Origin: Phoronis australis
Lineage: Eukaryota; Animalia; Phoronida
Assembly: GCA_002633005.1 (NCBI GenBank)
Contig: NMRA01000391.1
Coordinates: 1-64,000, forward strand
Direction of reading: 5' to 3'
DNA: 64,000 nt
The translations under genes and the position numbers were made by a program. The notes under the pieces are model-generated. The model was not told where the DNA came from. It made no database searches and saw nothing but the letters and a program-made list of their open reading frames with translations. Shown one piece after another: positions 37,101 to 46,100 of this stretch (position 1 is its first letter; the number at the start of each line of letters is the position of its first letter).

Positions 37101-40100
37101 TGATGTCTGAGTTTGACTTCGAGGTTAGAAGAAAATGTATAATTTCATACACTTCAGATGAATCTTTCCAGAATCTGTTTTGTGAAAGAGCATATGTAAT
37201 ATGCTTCCTGTAAATGAATAGAAATAAACAAAAATGAGTGCAGAGAGGTGAAAAACAATTGATTTCAAATCTCAATTTCACATTTAAAAGAAGACCTTGA
37301 CGTTTAGCGTTTCAGATTATTAAAACCGGTGCGGCTTAATACCTACCGATAGCAAATACTCCTTGAACTTAAGTTTGTTGTCCTTGTCGCGGTCCATTAC
37401 CAATTTACTGAAGTACAAATAAAATGATTTGGATTCAAAGCGACATTCGTGTAAGTTCCTGCCATATAATTTTCGTATGCAATCGCCAAATACGGTGAAC
37501 CATGCGACTGCTCCCATTCAGCAACGCCACATTCTAGGAATACCTTCGATCCTTTTGGATATCATAATAAATAATCATGATCTTAGCGTCTGGACAGTGG
37601 TTGAATAAGGTCGCATCGTACAACAAGTATTAATTGTGGCAATCAAATCATATAGAGAAGAGTTCCGTGTGAAGTAGGTACTCTTTATGCGAAACATTCC
37701 AGTTTTTAGACTAAAAATCGTAGTTCGGGATAACACAAGGGTCAAGTTGAAATTATTGTAAGAGAACCGCTTATTCGCACATTTTTTCAAAAGGTGATCT
37801 TTCATTTTCAAACGCTGAGTTGTTGCCTTTACGCTAGCTTTCAATGGGTTAATAATTCAGCTGTTGGTACTGCCTTAATGGTTATGATTAGTTTTGGAAT
37901 TTAACAAACCAGTTGCTTTGCATCTAACATTCGAACACGATTAGAGATATACATGTATGCCCACTACGGAGTGATTTTCTGTGGTACTCAGTCGTCAGCT
38001 AGTGACTGCCCAGTCATACATGAAGATAAACTAATTTTGATTAAAGAGACAATCTGAATATTTTTCATGCTTTAATGAAACTGAACAATTTTCAACTTTA
38101 ATGTAAATTCAACCTAAAACTTGACTTTCGATCAGAATTCATCGTCCGCGTCCTTTTAACTGACTAATATAATTTGCATAGGTGGTGTTCAAGATTCGCC
38201 ATCCCTGATATACCGGATTGAATGATCGTTGGTCGAAGTGTTAGCAGTACTTTATGACGTTGGCGTAAATCTATTTCACGCAAACCAGACCTACGTAATT
38301 TAATGGAAAAAGTTTAAACCCTCAGCCAATTAATCCATTCAAGCTTTGCCGAAAGCAGTAAAGTGGAAAATAGCGATTTTTAGGGCGGTTCTTCCATCAC
38401 TTTTAACACATTTCATCATACCAAAGATGTAACCTTTATATGTGTTAACAGAGTTTTGTACCAAGGCTACTTCTAAATTAGACAGACCCCCTCCCCGCGT
38501 ATTCCCCCACCCCCGTCTGGGCTGTCGCCTCTCGGTGTGGCGCGCTACCACGTCTAAATCTATTTAGTAGGCCTACTATAAAGTGCCAATACCTGTGGAC
38601 ACAATACTCACAATGTTAAACCGGCTTTAAAATACAAGTAGCAGTCTTCGCACGTTAGCTTTGACTTTAACTCTGCGTTGAGGACCAATTTGGACGTGTC
38701 CGTTTCTACATTCTTTTCTGCTTTAAACCACGTATTCTCCACCGGATCAAAGCCAATGTTTTTCTTGTTGTCTGTAGAAACAAGGAATTCCCCTCCAGAT
38801 TTGTCTGCCTTTACGTCGTAGTTGACGCCTCGACCTATGTTGTATGCAGGATTCCAAGTAAACCCTTTGTTTTTCGGCAGAACGTCATCAAGTTTAGGTT
38901 CACGTTTTTCTCGACGGTGTACTTCTTCATGGGAACTGTTATCATACGTGTTGTTGTTGCTGCTGCCCTCTTTTGGTGGCGTATGGTGGTAAAAGATGTC
39001 GGCATGGTCAAACAAATCCCAAAAACTGTAAAATAATTGTTTTCAACCGTTAAAATGTTTGAAGGTGGATTTTGTTTTGAGAATACTGAGAAAGACGCCA
39101 CTTTAGAGGCAATAAATGGGCACGCTATTGCTTTATCTCCACGATAAGTCAGTTTACTAGACACGGCTTCGTGTTTTCTTTATTAAATTCTCGTTTACGG
39201 CTAATTCGAATGTACAGATAGCTATTATGAAACAAGTTTTGGAACCTAAAGGTCTTGGAAGAATTTTGATTTGAAACAATTGTTGTCTACACATTCTGAC
39301 TGTGGTATACGATTCTTGAGGATACAGTGAAACGTCTAAAAAAAGAAATTTTTGAAACCATATATCAACTACAACAGTGCATGAAACCAATTAACACCCT
39401 CCGTTCCCTGCTAGTCAGACCCAAAGACCCAACCCCGATGGCTAAACAATGTGGGATCATATACCAGCTGAAATTTGACCACGATCCTAACCACACCTAC
39501 ATTGGAGAAACCAAGAGGCCGTTCCTCACCAGATTCAAAGAACATCAGAAACTAGATAGACCAACAGCTGTAGGGGAACACATATTGGCGATTTGGCATT
39601 CCATCTCTCTTGCGCCATCCAGGATCCTAGCCAAAGAACAACACTGGTATGCTCGCAAGCTAATAGAGTCAATAAACATCAGCATTCAGAAACGGGACCG
39701 AGGCCTCCATTTACCTCCCATGTATTCAACCATTATTAAACAGCGAAACGCGGTAAATCCCTCGTTCATTGACAAAGACCTGGCGGACCAAGTCGAAACG
39801 TCTGCAAACAACCCACCACGTCTCTAAGTAAGTGACCATCTCATACTACAACACGCGCGCATCCAGCCTTCAATATTAGGGGCTTGAATTCCTGACGTTG
39901 TGGACCTTTTGCTAACAAAAGAGCTAGCGGACTAAAAAAACTAAGAAACAGGCGCACCGCTGTGAGTTGCGCGTTTGCGCTTATTTAGTGGACTGTCTGT
40001 CACATACTCTCGGACTTTTTGTCTCTCGGAGGAGGACGTTTTTGTCCACATCGCAAAACGGGGGGTTCGTTCGTGTCTCTCTTTTGGACATCGTACAACC

Positions 40101-43100
40101 TTTATGACGTCAGCGATACAACGAGACAAATCTCAAAATGATATGACAACACGGCGGAGAATGGCAGCGAAATTTTTGTTGATGCTGAGTCTTGAATCAG
40201 GATAAATTAAGGTAAATTAGGATTTTTTATCTTTAAGAAAGAATGAAATGTAATGCCAGGTGTCAGTTACTTCAATCAATAATTCTATGCAAATTTATAC
40301 TGAACCCAATCCCAATGGTCGTTTTGCTTTCAGTCATACCGACGTTTATACATGACCTACCCCATTGACTGATGAATCTGCTGAAAAATGCGTAAGCTTC
40401 TCGGGACAGCCACTTGGGAATAATTGCCTGACAACCCATTCTTAGACAGACAATCTCTGTTCCATGACCATTCCGTGAACAGTCGCCCACTTCCCGATTA
40501 CGTNGCTCACTTCAGTGAAAACGTGCTCTTATTCATACATACTTCGAAAGAAAAAGTCCATGAAAACTTGTTACAAAACAGATTTTCCACAACAAATTGA
40601 TTTGAATTTTTAAATTCAAGAAGAAAATTTGTAAGCAGTGCGAAGCTGTATTTCTGCAAGGTCCACTCTCTGACAATGGATACTGGAGTTATCTGTCGCC
40701 CTTTTTTCTCCATCTTTTTGAAATTGGATGTAGTTGATCATAGATCTTCGTGTTTTTGTTTTTACATTATTCTTTTTTTAAGGGACCACTCACGGGATAG
40801 GCAATGATGGAATCAATTGTCTCTCTTTTGGACATCGTACAACCTTTATGACGTCAGCGATACAACGAGACAAATCTCAAAATGATATGACAACACGGCG
40901 GAGAATGGCAGCGAAATTTTTGTTGATGCTGAGTGTTGAATCAGGATAAATTAAGGTAAATTAGGATTTTTTATCTTTAAGAAAGAATGAAATGTAATGC
41001 CAGGTGTCAGTTACTTCAATCAATAATTCTATGCAAATTTATACTGAACCCAATCCCAATGGTCGTTTTGCTTTCAGTCATACCGACGTTTATACATGAC
41101 CTACCCCATTGACTGATGAATCTGCTGAAAAATGCGTAAGCTTCTCGGGACAGCCACTTGGGAATAATTGCCTGACAACTCATTCTTAGACAGACAATCT
41201 CTGTTCCATGACCATTCCGTGAACAGTCGCCCACTTCCCGATTACGTTATTTTTGGCCTACATGTACTCCTACATTAGTGAAAATTTTGTCGCGTGAGCG
41301 TACGTCATGATATTAGAAGCGCACTACTATTATTTTAACTATTTACCTGGCTTCCACTGATATAACATCTACCCGTGTGTTGGTTTTAATGTCGATAGTG
41401 GCTATCTTTCTAAAAATCCCTTTATCTGGAGCGTGGGACAAACCTGAAAATTACCAAACACAAATCAACTAAGACTCCATGTAAGCTTACATGTATAGTG
41501 TACGTAACACAGATGATAAAATGGCGACATCGCGTGGCTCTTTGTACAACTGCTTAACAAAAAGCCCAAATCCGCTGTAAAGCATGTTATGGTCTCAAAA
41601 ACAAACTTCTTCACAAGCGCATTTGCTCTTCCAAAGAAATGTTACCTCAGTCTTCATCTTTTGAAATGAAATTGCTGACATTGAGACGCCTTCGCATGAA
41701 GGACAATGCGTGTTATGGTGACCGAGGCTAACCGGTGGTGACAACCCGCAACTCAGTGAGCTTTACTCAAACAGATGATCTGTCTAGCAATAACGAACTG
41801 TTAGTCTTTTATAAGCTTAGAAGCCTTTTCTAATCCGAGTCAGAAACAAGGTGAGACCAATGTGGTAAATGGCCTAAATGAAAAGTTTTCTGACACAAGT
41901 TAGGGATTTATTGGAGCAGTCCCGGGATTTAACATCACAGCGATTCATTGATTTTAATCACAGTCAGCCTACAGTATAGGCCTATGCTTCGATGATGTCT
42001 TTATTGCTTGAATCCATTCGGTGATAAATAGCCTCAATTGGCGATCCTGTGTTTAGACACACGGCATGTAGTCCATCGAGGAGAGGAAAAGCTTTTCACA
42101 TACATTGTTCCTTCGCATACTTACTACAGCAATGCTGCATTGCGCGAAGTGGCACCAGCGATCCGATTGTGCCTGACTGTGTTAGTCGGATTCTTGGCGT
42201 CTTCAGTTAGGCATCATGAGTGTATAAGAAGTCTAGAGGAACCTTAAGCTCAATCGGATGAAATTGAGCGTCATATCGCCTGGTGCGCACAATGTTAAAA
42301 ATGGTGAGTTACCGATTTTGGGAACTGAACGGGCGAGGGACTGCTCGAAGAAAAAGTTTGATGACTAGAGCATTTGTTCAAGTTGCAAGGAATTAAATAT
42401 ATACACGTCCTCCTAACATGGGCAGCGCACCACAGGGGGGCTGAGGGCTATAGCCCCCCACTTTTGTTCAGTGCTGCGCCGCCCATGCCTAAGTTGTCCC
42501 TGTGCAAAAGGTATTTATAACAACGTACCATTGATGTTTTAGTCAGTGCAAGGCATAATTCGCCGAAAATCTTCCGGCGTATGAAGCGCCTATAGGAGCT
42601 TACTGGCTCCGCAGTAGAGACAGTGGTGACTGTCTACTCTCACTAAACAGGAGGTTCTTGCGGAACAGCTTCATCGTACCAGCGCACCTGGCGGGCACCA
42701 CAGTTGCTCTTGTAAGGCGTGTCATTATACACGATCATTTCCATCACCCAGCTCGGCTTGGTGGGAAAAGTTGCTGTTTGCCTTGTTGAAAAGTACACGA
42801 ACGTACAGGTCGAAGTTATTAGAATCTTTGCTCATTGCATATTAGTGGAAAATCAGCGTTGATCGGGCAGTACACGGGGTACCGCATCATATGCTGTCTT
42901 GGCCCCAGCTGTGTCTCCCATTGTGTCTACATAATCAATGGCTTGCCTGCATCCTCGATGGCATCCTCTGTGTTTGTGACTTTTGAGTCGTGACTGTAAG
43001 TAACGTTGTATTTTTTTCTCGTGTTTCATTTTAATTCTGCCTATTGAACTTTAGACATAATCAGTCTCGGGCTTGAGCTGTTGTTCGTTGTGTCACGTGA

Positions 43101-46100
43101 TGTTACCAGTCACAGTTGCAAGGTGTCGCTGATTGAAGTTGCCACTAAGATGCAACTGCTAGTGAATAATACGAATTGCTTGTTTCACAACTGAACTACT
43201 GCGTCTGCTGGGTCACATTATGTTGCCACAAATAAGTTACGGTCGTAGTAGGCAATTATCTGTGTGCGAGATTAAAAGAGTCATCTCTCGCGTACTGACA
43301 CTACACCACGTTCAAAAGTCGGTGCCATAGACCTAATTCACGCGGCGGACATTAAAATCCAAAGCGAGGCTCGCTGCGATAAACAAAGCGGAAGTTGACA
43401 TTGTGTGAATTAAATGGCCAGTCTTTGGAGTCCAACCTGGATATTAAATCTTAAAAATGTGTCAATAAGTAACCGCAGAGACGTAGAAAAATACATTAGA
43501 GAACAAGTCAATACACCAAAGAACTGTCTAACGAAAGGGTATAAGTTTTTTCGGAAAACTAGATTCGAAACATGAAAAGTAAATATGACCAAATTACGGC
43601 GATCGTATTGTTACGGATTAGGTATGCTGAATGCAGTCACGTTTCTTCTTATAAATTCTGCTTTCTACACCAACCAGGCCATCTGCTCGTATTGTTGACG
43701 ATTTGAAGATATATTCGCCAGTGGTGGCTCATCGCAGTTTGCTGTCATGTGCAGTTAGTCACATCTGGTTTAATTTGTTGATCAAGAGTATTATCTTCAA
43801 GCATAGCCTAGGCCCTGGTGAGGTAAGCACTACCGGGACTAAAAGTTGATTTGTCATTGAGCTGATAAAATAATTGATGTTATTAAATAAAAAAATTATT
43901 GAGATAAAAACCAGGCTCGCAATTGAAAATAAAAATTATTTGAACATCAATTCTGCTTTCTTGGTTTTAATAATTACGTCTATTTCATGTGTTACATTTT
44001 TCAAATATCAATCTGGACCAAGTTGATTTTTAAAATTAAAACACCTGATTCTTTCGTCCAAAGCATAACCTCGTCTTGGAGCTCAATTTCAGTTAACTGG
44101 ACAGAACACTGACAGTGGCGGATTTAGAGGGGAGCCAAGGGAGACGTGCCCCCCCCCCTAAAATTCTCCCAGATTCCTTGGCAGTTCAGGACCGCGAATG
44201 TCTGACGGGAAAAATCCTGGCTTATACTCTGCCCTGGCCCGCCCCCCAACTCAAAATCCTGGATGCCCCTGGAACAAGTATAGTTATCATGTTTCTTCAG
44301 GGGCCTCGTTCATATCCGAGGGGAAAGGTGCGTGTGCCGGCCTTCTGAGAGGGGAACGTTTCGCCAAGTGACTGAGGTGAAAAATCTACCTGATCCCGTT
44401 CACCATAAATAGCACACCCGCCCTGGCTGTTGCAAGTTCTCATAGGCTCTGTCCCAAGTAGCATTGTGTGCTTTTTTCAAATTGTCAACTCTATGGATAC
44501 AAGTGATTTGAATCGTCGGTGAGAAATTTTCAATCACTAGGGGAATTTGTAGGCCTCGTGGGGGGAATTTCGCGTGATTTTTCCATATTTTTGAGAGGGG
44601 AATAGGGCCGATATTGGGCCCCAAAATCGAGGGATTGAGGGCCCTGTACTTTTTGGAAAGAAAAATGCATCACGTTTCAACCCGTAACCATGAAAACACA
44701 GGCCGGCTGGCCGAAGATTCTCCGGTCATTGCTATGATGCTCGGCAACCGAGATGCGACAAAATATGATCTAACTTTTCGAAAACATTTATAAATTTTAC
44801 ACTGACAATTTTCCTTCGTCGCGGCGTATGGCAAGAACCCAACGCTTCTGAATCTCAACGTCCTTAGAGATTGTAAAACAGACAGTTGAGTGTCCGTATT
44901 TTTTCAAGCCGTTCGAGCAACGCGGAGTACAACTACATGTAGTTTACACAATTGGTTTAGTTTGTAATCGCAATACCAAATTATTAATGAACAATGTCAG
45001 CAATGTTTGTGACTGATGACGTGTTACTAAGCATAAATGGTAAAATTGTAACGTGTGTAGTATGTATCGTACCACATTAATTAAAGGAGCTATCGTAGCG
45101 AACCTCGTTTTGGAACGCGCCTCTTGTCGGCGTGAATTAGGTCTATGTGCCAGGACAAACTTTGTCGGGATCAGCTTGTGCATATACTTATATATTTTTT
45201 ATATTTTACGTACCTAACTGACACTCCCACTTGTCATTTCCTGTGATGACGTCACCTACTCTCCACTTTTTGACAACATCACTGTTTTCCATGGCCAGAA
45301 GTATAGTGTTGGAGACGCACATAACTCTCTAAAACATAAGAAGAATAGCAATAAGTAATAGGCCAGATTTGAAAAACTTTTAAGGCGCTGCTTGTCGGAA
45401 CCCACATGCACTCATAACTAATTTTATGTGCACCCGGTATTCAAAAATCGAACATCATAACAAAAATAACATTAGAGAGTACAGACATTGTGAAAACCTG
45501 ATATTGAATTCATGAACTCAGTAGTTACTATCAATGTCTTTCGCATTGAATAAGTGACTTTTGAATCCACAAGTCAAATATAGGTATATTTAAGAATAAG
45601 AAGAGTTGAGTTACTACAAGAGTAAACTATCTACTGCATTAACAGGGTTAACGTGGAGGGTTCGCCTGAGTTATCGATATACAATATTCGGCAAGGATAT
45701 ATGCCACATATCTGTAGTTTAACGGTTCCCTCGTGACATCCTTGATTCTCAAATGAACGTTCAAGGTATTCACTCCTGAGTTGACATTTTGCAAATAATT
45801 CGAACATTAGGATGGTGTTTACAATAATCATGAAATGATCTCAGAAACCCATACACGGGTGAGAAACAACATGACCGCCGGTCCTCTAAACAGGACCTCC
45901 GGGGATCAAATGGGACCGCCGCACCAGAAAATGGGACTGACGCACCCAAAAACATGACCGCCCCACCACAAAACAGGACCGCCGGGGACTAAAACCGCAA
46001 CAACTAACAGGCTAAGATTTATTACCGTTAGGCCTACACAGATCATACAATGGGGCTATATACGTATGCATATGCAGGTCTTGTGCCNATGGTGTTTACA

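Noticed and set aside
37320-37760. Tyrosine recombinase or sulfotransferase-like relic
   Set aside because: Too degenerate; no diagnostic motif
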